Shown here in pieces: positions 53,061 to 64,000 of a stretch of DNA of 64,000 bases. The notes under the pieces were generated by a model. The model worked only from the letters and a program-made list of their open reading frames with translations, searched no databases and was not told the origin of the DNA. A program made the translations under genes and the position numbers. Source of the DNA: Camelus ferus (Eukaryota); the NCBI RefSeq assembly GCF_009834535.1, contig NC_045696.1, forward strand, positions 15,626,001 to 15,690,000, written 5' to 3'. How positions within the stretch are numbered: position 1 is the first letter of the stretch; the number at the start of each line of letters is the position of its first letter.

Positions 53061-55209
53061 TTTTTCCTGTTATTGCCATTAAAGTGATTTTACATCATTG
53101 AATTCATTACTCTTTAGTTTATGGAAGTGGTTCTGAAATAGTGTGCAGATAGGATGGCTAAAAATGCAGATTCCAGGAAAAGAAGAAATGAAGGTTATGC
53201 TGATTACGTGAAGGAACCAGATAGCTTTCCTTCTTTCTGTAGGCTCTGGAATAGTTTAAATAGATTAAAAGAATCATTCCTTTAATGTTAAGAAAGAATT
53301 GTCCTGGTCTTGCTATTTTCTCACTGTGTATATTAGCTCTTTGACAAGTATCTCATTTTTGTTTATTTCTTCGAGTTATTTTTTCTCCCTTCTGGTCTCA
53401 ATATTGATTAATTTGCATTTTTCTGAAAAAGCATAAGTTTCATATGAGTTTTAAACTTATTTTCAAAAGTTTGTCTAAATTAATTTATTTTAATGTATAG
53501 GTTTATTTTTATATGTGTTTATGTGTGTGTCTATTTTACTTGTTCTCATATCTTGTCCAGTTGGGCAAGACTGTGGAGCAACTGGAATCCTCGTTCATTG
53601 TTGATGGGAGGGAAAAATAGCCTCAGGCAACTTGGAAAGCATTTCAGCAATATGTTATAATATTATAAGTGCGTATACCCCGCCCTGTGGTCTAACAATT
53701 CTGCTTCAAGGCACATGACTTAGGGTAACTGTGACAGTGATGCATTAAGATTATGAGAGTGTTCATTGCATCTCTGTTTCTAGCAGGCAAACAAAAACAA
53801 AAACTGAACTATTTCACCAGCAGGTAAATAAAAAACAGGAAGTTGGGATATGTTCACACACTAAAGTGATGTAAAACAGCAGCTAAAAACACATGAAACG
53901 GAACTATACCTGTCAAGATAGATAATTGTCAAAACACCCTCTTAAAGTTAATAGTCATTATTTCAAGGTGCGTACTTTGTGAGATAAAGCTTTCTGATTT
54001 CACCTTACCATGTTCGAGCGGCATGACCACATAGGCTGCTACCAACTAAATTTATTGTCCTGGCGATTTACCTCTAAGACTGAAGGCAGGAAGGAAATTT
54101 TCACGTGCATTCATTTTACTTTTCTGTTTTATTTTGAAGTCTTAAAATCAAAGTCCCCAAATATAGAGCATTGCCAAAAAATTTGGTATTCAGTTGAATG
54201 CTTACTGATAAAATTTTAACAGGAGATGAACTGAATTACTTCCTTGTCATTAGCATTCTGTTTGCTTCTGTAATGATTTCTGCATAATTTTATGTGCAGT
54301 AGCACAACTGCATGGAATATAAATACAAAATTGATAAGAAAATGCACTGTGGAAAAAGTCTGTTATTTCCAGTAAACAAGACTACGATTATTTTCATTTT
54401 CAAAATGAAAATACACTTTTTTAAAGCATATAAAGTAATGACTAGTCTTTTCTATTATTATCTTATTGAGAAACAATGACAAGTTAAAATAATTACTTAA
54501 GATGGAAAGAGCAGGACAATTGACACAGTGTCTTCTTTCTGGAGGTTTCCAGGTTCTAAAACTGCCAGAGATACTTTTAGCTTGGCGCTTTAACAAGCAT
54601 AAAAGGTCATTAATCCAAGGTCATAACAGCAAACTTCCATGGGAGAATAATCAGTCATGTAGAAATGATTTAAATGACCACAGAAGCACATGCTAATTTA
54701 GCTTGGTGTTTTGCATGGTCCCCGTTGACCACTTTTCTACGCATTATAGCAATGCTTCAGAAAGCTCACCTCTGGACGAGGGGAGATGCATTTTAATTTT
54801 CAAACTTTGTTAGGTACAGAAATAAAGAGGGAACCACCACGATTACCACAAAGCACACACACACAACTCCTGAAAGCTGTGCGCCTACCTTAGTTTGAAA
54901 AACTTGCGCACAAGATCCTCTGACCCCATTTGGGGTCATATTTCAAGAATTTAGTTCTGTATAAATTTCAGAGTTGCCCCTTATTAGCTGTATGGTACCA
55001 TACTTTTCCCCTCCTTTGCTCTAAAATAGAAGCAAAGATAATTACCTCTCCCAGGTTTGCGGTGGGAAGGAAAGTTTCATCTTTTTTTCTACAGCATCCA
55101 GTAGGGTGGCAAACAGTGTGTCATGTCCCCCACATGGTAGCCTTTTTGTTAGAAGTGGTACAAATCACTAACATGCAGTGATAAATATTAACCACTTTTC
55201 CTTCTTTAC

Positions 55210-56050
55210 ACTTAGCTCCATTTAAAAACATTTACTAACTTCTACAATGTATTAGACACTGTGGTCAGTGAATAAGAAAGAGTTTGAGCCCCCAAGAAAT
55301 TCAATGTCTTAGTAGGAATGATGAAAGTTAACATAACTGTACTATAATAAATAAGTTACAGGAATTTCCAACAGTAAGGAAACTTAATCCACCAGAGTGA
55401 TCAACTGAAGGTTTCAGGAAGAAAGGAAAACCTTAGCTGAGTGTCAAAGGATAAACAAGAACAAGCTAGATTTTTTTAAACTGAAAAAGATGTTCCAGGC
55501 AGAGAGCTAAACATATATGTTTGAGAAATATAAACTCTTTAGTTGGGTAACAAGGGCAAAGAGTGAAATCTCAGTCACAGACCATGGAAATGAAACTCAT
55601 GAGGTGGGCAGGGCCAGGTCACAGTGACTTTATATGAAAGGGGCAGAAAGCCAGCATCCTTAGACAATTTTTTTTTAAGGTCTGGTTTATTTGGGATAGC
55701 CTTTTCTGGTTAGTGGATGGATTTCAGAAAGGTCAAGCTTGGAAAATGGGAGCTCAATTAAGGAGTTATCATAAAAGTTCAGGTAAAAGAGGTAATGAGA
55801 GTCTCAGAGATGGTGTGTCAGGGCAAGATTCTACGAATCTTTAGGAAGTTAAATTGGGAAGACTTGGATGAGTGGTTTAAGGAAGAAGAAAAAGGCTAAA
55901 ATGACTGTCAGAATTCATGCTTGGGTGTCTGGGTGGCTGAAGATTACTAAGCACAGATCTGAAGAGCAGATGACAGAGATAGAGAGAGAGAGAGAGAGAG
56001 AGAGCCAGATTTGGGCAGAGGAGATGATGTGTTAAGTTTTCGGAGCCTTG
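55210..56050 (-). mobile_element. L2 LINE relic containing an (AG)n tract at ~55981-56003
   Basis: AAACATTTACTAACTTCTACAATGTATTAGACACTGTG, TGTTCCAGGCAGAG and GGTGGGCAGGGCCAGGTCA. Confidence 0.65.
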
Positions 56051-56176
56051 GGAGAGTCAGGATGGTAGATTTTGAGAATATCGGCATATGTGCAGGAGGA
56101 AAAAGAGAAGAAAAGAAAAATGGACACAGTACCTACAAAGAGAAAGACAAGAAGTCCTCTTATAAATCCTGAGGAA

Positions 56177-58365
56177 AAGCTTCCCACTAAAATCTGGGAC
56201 AAGACAAGGATGCCCACTATCACCACTCCTATTCAACACAGTCCTGGAAGTCCTAGCCACAGCAGTCAGGCAAGAGAAAGAAATAAAAGGGATCCAAATT
56301 GGAAAAGAAGAGGTAAAAGTGTCATTATATGCTGATGACATGTTACTATATATAGAAAACCCTAAAAGGTCCACACAAAAGCTACTAGAGCTGATTGAAG
56401 AATTCAGCAAAATAGCAGGTTACAAAATTAACGTTCAAAAATCAGTTGCATTTCTTTACACTAACGATAAATCAACAGAAGAAGAAAGTAAGGAAACAAT
56501 CCCCTTTAAAATAGCACCCAAATAATAAAATATCTGGGAATAAATCTAACCAAGGAGGTGAAAGAATTATACACAGAAAACTATCAACCATTGACGAAGG
56601 AATTTAAAGAAGACTTAAAAAAATGGAAAGATATTCCATGCTCTTGGATTGGAAGAATCAATATTGTTAAAATGGTCACACTGCCCAAGGCACTCTACAG
56701 ATTTAATGCAATCCCTATCCAATTACCCAGGACATATTTCACAGAACTAGAACAAATCATAATAAAATTTATATGGAACCATCAAAGACCTAGAATTGCC
56801 AAAGCATTACTGAAGAGAAAGAAAGAGGCTGGAAGAATAACTCTCCCAGACTTCAGGCAATATTGTAGAGCTACAGTCATCAAGACAGCATGGTATTGGT
56901 ACCAAAACAGACATATAGACCAATGGAACAGAATAGAGAGCCCAGAAATGAACCCAGAAACTTTTGGTCAACTCATCTTCGACAAAGGAGGCAAGAATAT
57001 ACAATGGAATAAAGACAGTCTCTTCAGCAAATGGTGTTGGGAAAACTGGACAGCAGCATGTAAAACAATGAAGCTAGAACACTCCCTTACACCATATACA
57101 AAAATCAACTCAAAATGGATTAAAGACTTAAACATAAGACAAGATACAATAAACCTCCTAGAGGAAAACATAGGCAAAACATTATCTGACATACATTTCA
57201 AAAATTTTCTCCTAGAAGAAATAAAAGCAAGAATAAACAAATGGGACCTAATGAAACTTACAAGCTTCTGCACAGCAAAGGAAACCAGAAGTAAAACAAG
57301 AAGAAAACCTACGGAATGGGAGAAAATTTTTGCAAATGAAACTGACAAAGACTTGATCTCCAGAATATATAAGCAGCTCATACAACTCAATAAGAAAAAA
57401 ATAAACAACCCAATCCAAAAATGGGCAGAAGACCTAAACAAGCAATTCTCCAAGGAAGACATACAAATGATCAAAAAGCACATGAAAAAATGCTCAATAT
57501 CACTAATTATCAGAGAAATGCAAATCAAAACTACAATGAGGTATCACCTCACACCAGTCAGAATGGCCATCATTCAAAAATCCACAAATGACAAATGCTG
57601 GAGAGGCTGTGGAGAAAGGGGAACCCTCCTACACTGCTGGTGGGAATGCAGTTTGGTGCAGCCACTATAGAAAACAGTGTGGAGATTCCTCAAAAGACTA
57701 GGAATAGACTTACCATATGACCCAGGAATCCCACTCCTGGGCTTGTATCCAGAAGGAAATCTACTTCAGGATGACACCTGCACCCCAATGTTCATAGCAG
57801 CACTATTTACAATAGCCAAAACATGGAAACAGCCTAAATGTCCATCAACAGATGACTGGATAAAGAAGAGGTGGTATATTTATACAATGGAATACTACTC
57901 AGCCATAAAAACCGACAACATAATGCCATTTGCAGCAACATGGATGCTCCTGGAGAATGTCATTCTAAGTGAAGTAAGCCAGAAAGAGAAAGAAAAATAC
58001 CATATGAGATCACTCATATGTGGAATCTAAAAAACAAAAACAAAAAGAAACAAACAAAAACAAAGCGTAAATACAGGACAGAAATAGACTCACAGACAGA
58101 GAATACAGACTTGTGGTTACCGGGGGGTGGAGGGTGGGAAGGGATAGCCTGGGATTTCAAAATTGTAGAATAGATAAACAAGATTACACTGTATAGCACA
58201 GGGAAATATACACAAAATGTTATGATAACTCACAGAGAAAAAAATGTGACAATGAGTGTGTATATGTCCATGAATGACTGAAAAATTGTGCTGAACACTG
58301 GAATTTGACACATTGTAAAATGATTATAAATCAATAAAAAATGTTAAAAAAAAAAAAAGAAAAAA
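56177..58365 (+). mobile_element. Young 5'-truncated LINE-1 (~2.2 kb)
   Basis: Perfect 13-bp TSD AAATCCTGAGGAA (56164-56176 and 58366-58378). AATAAA at 58333-58338, then an A-tail. G-rich 3' UTR tract at 58122-58143. Confidence 0.98.
56178..58030 (+). pseudogene. Disabled L1 ORF2p C-terminal half (part of the RT domain and the CCHC region)
   Basis: [17 protein letters not shown] (56328-56339) and [18 protein letters not shown]. There is a -1 frameshift near 56521 and an in-frame TAG at 57668-57670, where Trp is typical. Confidence 0.96.
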
Positions 58366-58904
58366 AAATCCTGAGGAAGAGTTATTCTAAGAAATCAACA
58401 GCCACATAATTAATGAAGCTCCCCCTAAAACAGTTAACATCCACATCCCCACTTTTTCTTAAAGACTTTCTGAAAGTCATTTTATTTCCCCTGAAGATAA
58501 CAGTACTTAGCTGTCCTTTAGTGTGTTATCTCTCGCAGCATGTAGAGTCCTGTATTAAAAGTACAAAGGACATTTTCTGTACTTTCAACAAAGTTTTTTA
58601 CTTGTTTGTTTTGATTCTTTTTTACTAGTTTTAAATTTCTTATCGAATAAAACTCGAGACAGTTCCCTATTCACCAAATCTTTAGGGAAGCCTTGATTCA
58701 TGTTTGTTCAATGTAGACTGAGTTCCCTCCCCTCCGTCTGCACTGCGCAGTGTGCTGGGGACACAAGGACACTGAGAACACAGGGCCAGGATCCACCATC
58801 TCACAGTCTGGAAGCCAGTCATCACCGTAATGGGCCAGTGTTCTAAGAAGTACGCAAGATGCTACAAGGGCTCAGAAGGGAAAATGCTCAAAGTGATATT
58901 TCTC

Positions 58905-59631
58905 TTTTATTGAAGTACAGTCGATTTACAATGTTGTGTTAATTTCTGGTGTACAGCATAGTGATTCATTTATACATATACATATAAATATACATATTCC
59001 TTTTCTTAATAGGTCATTATAAGGTATTCAATATAGTTCCCTGTGCTATACAGTAGGACATTGTTGTTCATCTATTTTATATATAGTAGTTAGTATCTGC
59101 AAATCCTGAACTCCCAATTCATTCCTCCCCACCTCCTTACCCCCTGGCAACCATAAGTTTGTTCTCTATGTCTGTGAGTCTATTTCTGTTTTGTAAATAA
59201 GTTCATTTGCGTCTTTTTTTTTTTTTTCAGATTCTGCATATAAATGATATCATATGGTATTTTTCTTTCTCTTACTGGCTTACTTCACTTAGTATGATGA
59301 TCTCCAGGTCCATCCATGTTGCTGTGAGTGGCACTATTTTATTCTTTTTTATGGCTGAGTAATATTCTATTGTATAACTATACCACAACTTCTTTATCCA
59401 GTCCTCTATCGATGGACATTTAGGTTGCCTCCATGTCTTGGCTACTGTAAATAATGCTGCTATGAACATTAGAGTGTGTGTATCTTTTTGAATTAAGAGT
59501 TCCTTCCAGATATATGCTCAGGAGTAGTATTGCTGGATCATATGGTAAGTGTATTTTCAGTTTTTTAAGGAATCTCCATACTGGTTTTCATAATGGCATT
59601 CCTATCACCAGTGTAGGAGGGTTCCTTTTTC
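58905..59631 (-). mobile_element. 5'-truncated L1 3' end
   Basis: Minus-strand ORF MFIAALFTVAKTWRQPKCPS.... TSD CAAAGTGATATTT (58889-58901) / CAAAATGATATTT (59632-59644). Confidence 0.93.
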
Positions 59632-62249
59632 CAAAATGATATTTTTATATTAATCAAGTTGCTGGCTTTAAAAGGGACAACACATGAAAAATTAACCCTT
59701 CAAAAATTAAAGTAGGAGGCTATATTAAAACTCCTAGTCAAGGAAAATTATTTTGCTCTTTCTAAGTTTGGTCACTGGTGTCTTTCTTTACATTGCAGAA
59801 AGAAGTTTCATTTGGATTTGGTTTGGGTAGATTCAGTTTTGAGTTTCACTGTCATCTTCTTAAATAATACAAAGTTGTAGAACACTTAGAAAGAGAAGTG
59901 TGTTTGTTTATAGAGGCAAATAACAGGACATCTGTTATTGTTGTAATAATTAAAAAATGTTATTGAGAAAGTTTAATTCAATGTATGCTGTATTTCTTGT
60001 AAAACCAACAGAGATCAAATTAACATGCTTAAATATTACTTTTGCAGTTCCACATAAAAGCTGTAAAAGCAGGAAAATAATTTTCAAACTTCTTATGCTT
60101 TTTCTCCTTTTACCCCATGTGCACAGCAAGCACGAAAAGCTATTTTATGAATATTCTCCATACAATGTGTAAATGCAGTCTTTTCCTTGAAAATGCCAAT
60201 GTCTTATCTCCATATTTTTCTACTTTATTATGGAAAAAAAATGACTGCCCTACAGATTTCCATGCCTTGCTCTGCTGCCCTAGAGATGCATATTCAACAA
60301 AGAATAAAAAGGTTTAGAGAACAAGAAGCAGCCTTAACTCATGGGCAGTCAAAATCAGGAGAACGTTGCTAACATCAGTTTCATTGGGATTCATAAAGGC
60401 TGTCTCCATAGCAACGTCATTTTCGCAAGGCACAGAAAGGCTGCATTTTATTTTATTTTTTAATGGAAAAGCCGGGGGTCAGATTATCATTTTTTCCTCA
60501 TATCCCATTTATCCTCTACCCCCAAACAGATCCGATTGCATTTAAAACAAGCTTGATGGACATAAAAGATGGCTGCAGATTTAAGCGGAATAATACCCTT
60601 AACAGAGCTTCTTACAGAAATACAGAGTGTTAGAGGATTTGGGGTAAATCTGAGGGGAACTACTCCTGAAATTAGAAACATATTACTCGACTCTCACTCT
60701 GAGAGCTTGAGAGCTAGTTATTTAAACCTGACTTTGTAAATCCAACAAAGGAACTCCTTTAAGAGTCAAATAAAATCCAATTTGTATTACTAAACAGCTT
60801 AGGGAAACATTTGGCCTCTCTCTGTTTTTCCACTTACTTTGAGGATTAAGTTTAGAAGGAGAATGATTACAGCTTTAATAATTTTCATTAATAAAAATGT
60901 ACCTATATTATCCCGCCATGTATTGTTACTTTTAGAATGCATGTATTTTTTCTTCCTGAAAGATAATGGTGGAAGAAGAAATCGAGGGAATAATTGGTAA
61001 TATTTTTTACTTACTAGGTTGTTTAAAGGATTATTCCTAGAAAAAGTTAAATTCCTGACTAATTTTAAGGGGCTCTTCTTAGTATTAAGACTCCGAGTAT
61101 CTAAGATGTCTTTGGTTTTAACGCTAAACTGCATTGTAAGACTGTAATTATATTACAATTATATAAGTGCATTTAAAAACATTTTTTGGAAAATTCTAAA
61201 ACAAACTCTCACTCAGGAGACTGGAACAACTCCACCGTGAATAAATATCTATTTACTCAATAAGCTAGAATGAGTCTCTTTGGAGCTTTCATGGTCCATT
61301 GACTAAATGCATAATTAGGTAAGAGGTTTTCTGATGTTTTTAAACCAATCACACCATGCATCAGGCAAACCAGAGTGATGCTAATGAAAAGGTTTTACTC
61401 TATCAGCTAAACAAGGAATTATTTTGTAATTCATTCATTCTATACAAAAGATTCCTAAAATTAACTTGTATTGATTATAATTACAAAAATGTAGAAGTAT
61501 GAAATTCAAACGTACACATAGTATAGACCTTAACAGTCTCTCCAATACAATGAGGTTTTTTGTTTGTTTCCTTGTTATTTGCCTGACAACAATGGAATTA
61601 ATGCTTAGAAGGAAATTATGCAATAACTATAGAAATGGACTTTGATATATTTTATTATGTATAACATCAATTATATAGCTTCTGGATCTAAAATGTAGCT
61701 TTTTAAGTTAAAGTGTACATTTTCTAAGAAAAGTCAAATTAACTTGTCCACAAAGAACACTGGGTTGATGGAAAATGCTTAGGGGCAAGAAAGAACCAAT
61801 TCTAATGAAATAGAACAATATTGACAAATGACTAAAAATTCTAAACTGATACGAAGCCATTAAAGTAAACTGAGCTCCTAAAGACAAACCAGTTTTATAA
61901 AGATTTTAAAAATATGGCAAACAAATATATTAATATCTAATTGTGGTGTTATCTTCATTTGAATATGGAATATTTATATATGGCAACACTTATTTTATTA
62001 AAGGATCAGAAACAATCAAATATTATTTATCTTAACGTATCCATTGAATGAATGTAGTCTGCCCATTGCTTACACCATTGTAGCGTAATTTTACCAATAT
62101 ATGGTTCCACAATAGTCTGTTGGCCTAATAATTCTAATTTTTCTTATAATTTAACACATGTTTGCTACTTAAAACACTCTAAGCACTTTCTTATGTTTTA
62201 TAGCAAGGAACCAAACAGAAATGTTTTTCGTATCAAACAGAAATTTATT

Positions 62250-62386
62250 GGGGGAGGGTATAGCTCAAGTGGCAGAGCACATGCTTAGCATACACAAGGT
62301 CCTGGGTTCAATCCCCAGTACCTCTTCTTAAATAAATAAACAAATAAACCTAACCCCCCCCCAGTTTTATTTAAATAAAACTAAAA
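62250..62386 (+). mobile_element. tRNA-derived SINE, camelid vic-1 type
   Basis: GGGGAGGGTATAGCTCAAGTGG (A box) and GGTTCAATCC (B box), then an (AAAT)n / C-run / A-rich tail. Imperfect TSD AGAAATTTATT / AAAGATTTATT. Confidence 0.85.
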
Positions 62387-63443
62387 AAAGATTTATTATT
62401 GCATTCACTTTTTTTCTGCCTGCTATTTCTCACCTGATCCATCTATTCTGATATCCATCATTTTTCTAACCCCCAAATGCCTTCAGCACCCACCTAATTG
62501 GCTGTGAGTCCTCTGCACACACTTCTCCCCCCTCCACCTATCTACCTTAGCGTTCCCTCTGAACTCATATCACTTGAAACAGCCTTTTTTCATCCTGCCT
62601 GCCATTTGCATCCCTCTCTCCCTTTGAACAGTACACCTCCCATGCCTTCTGAAAACTTTTTTCCAAATAACCTCCCTCTTTCTTAAACCTACCGGTGGAG
62701 CATTCGTCTATGGGCCTCCTGTCATTGTTGTACTCGATATTTCTTCAGGTTTCATGCAGGCCTCCTCCTTCCTAGCGTGTAAATAAATCTTGAATAGGGT
62801 ACAACTTCTGACAAATGTAATGTATTTGAACACCGTGGAAATTACTAATAATAAATAATAAACTATTTTCAAATTTCCCCCCCCAAAATGACTTCATACT
62901 GTGATTTATATACTATATAACTTTATAAATAAATTTTACCTTGAGGTTGCATTCAATGAACAATGTGATTATGCAGAAAGTATCACTGGTCAAAGCTTAG
63001 GCTCATGTTTGACTGGCACATGAATTATGGAGCAAAATCTTTTGTTGGATATACATCCTATCGATCAACTGTCTTACTCATTTTACCAGCACAGGTGAAA
63101 AGGAGGAAAAACAAAAACAATTTCTTTCTTAGACTAGAGATGATGTTAAGAAACAGGGATGAAGAAAGACAGAAAGAGAATTTACTGATGATGTATGTAA
63201 TTGAAAAAGGAATTTCAGGAACAGAAAAATCTTAAGCGAGCTCAACATTGAAAGTATTTTCGATGAATCTGTGTAGATTAGTAGACAAGATGCATACTTA
63301 AAAGAAATATAAGAATATGCCTCTCTTAAATTAGTGATAGTAAGTGATATTAAGATATTAAAAATCTAGTATTTGTCATGATGAGCTGAGTCTTCTTGTG
63401 AAGAATTATCTTCAGATATCCATCAGAATCTGCAGAATTTATC

Positions 63444-63922
63444 TAGGGATTTGTGTATAGAATTCAGAAGTCTTTGAACTTGGATGAGAAAAAATAAATA
63501 AACTTTTATTTTCATTAACCTCTAACTTAAAAAATTTAGCGTTTCTTTCAATTATGGATGTAGATAACAAACCACAGTAGTTTTAGTAATGCCTATGCTG
63601 TGTCACCAAGACATTTCTGATACTTTCTCACATTACAACTGTTACAGCTGCAAAATATCATTTACACTCAAAACTAACTTCAAATTACAGCAGTCATCCC
63701 ACTGCTAGAACATACTGCTTTATGCATTTCTAAAAAGCACAAATATCACTATCTCAAAATATTGAATGCTTATTATTTTGATGATTGCATTTCCGTATGG
63801 ATGATCTTCTTTGTGATTCTATTTATTTTTATGTTGTGAATTTAGAAACATACTGAGCAGGGCTCCATGATCTTCCCCAGACAGCCAAACTGTTCATGAC
63901 CAGTAAAAGGCGAGAATCCCTG
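63444..63922. mobile_element. MER113-like hAT-Charlie DNA transposon
   Basis: TAGAATTCAG...GAACTTGGATG...AACCTCTAAC...AACAAACCACAGTAG, ending GAATCCCTG; follows the recalled MER113 consensus along its length. Confidence 0.75.
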
Positions 63923-64000
63923 AACTCAACCTGACGTGCATAAGTCTGTTTTAGAGTCAATTACACTACCATAAAAGGGTTAAGCTGTAACATACACTCA

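Noticed and set aside
56057..57528. Hydrophobic antisense ORFs (117 and 186 aa)
   Set aside because: Common antisense by-products of A-rich L1 ORF2.
62250..62325. Possible functional tRNA-Ala gene
   Set aside because: The acceptor stem is degenerate, and the SINE-type tail and TSD indicate a retroposed SINE.

Overview
AT-rich mammalian non-coding DNA, most likely from a camelid (camel, alpaca or llama), judged from a vic-1-type tRNA-derived SINE at 62250-62386. I could not recognise any host protein-coding gene. The only convincing protein-derived sequence is a 5'-truncated, disabled LINE-1 ORF2 (56177-58365, 13-bp TSD). The rest is a layered transposon landscape: several L1 3' ends with TSDs of differing decay, L2 and MIR relics, MaLR/ERVL/ERV1 solo LTRs (several nested), hAT MITEs and microsatellites. 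These are interspersed with repeat-poor stretches carrying enhancer- or insulator-like motifs. The observations most worth following up are: a probable orphan retrocopy fragment nested in an MLT1A LTR and later hit by an L1; a 13-bp direct repeat bracketing a poly(T)...poly(A) segment; a perfect ChoRE-geometry E-box pair; a strong CTCF motif; and a few splice-site-bounded exon candidates. I found no new multi-gene system. Repeat subfamily names come from recall of consensus sequences, not from a search.
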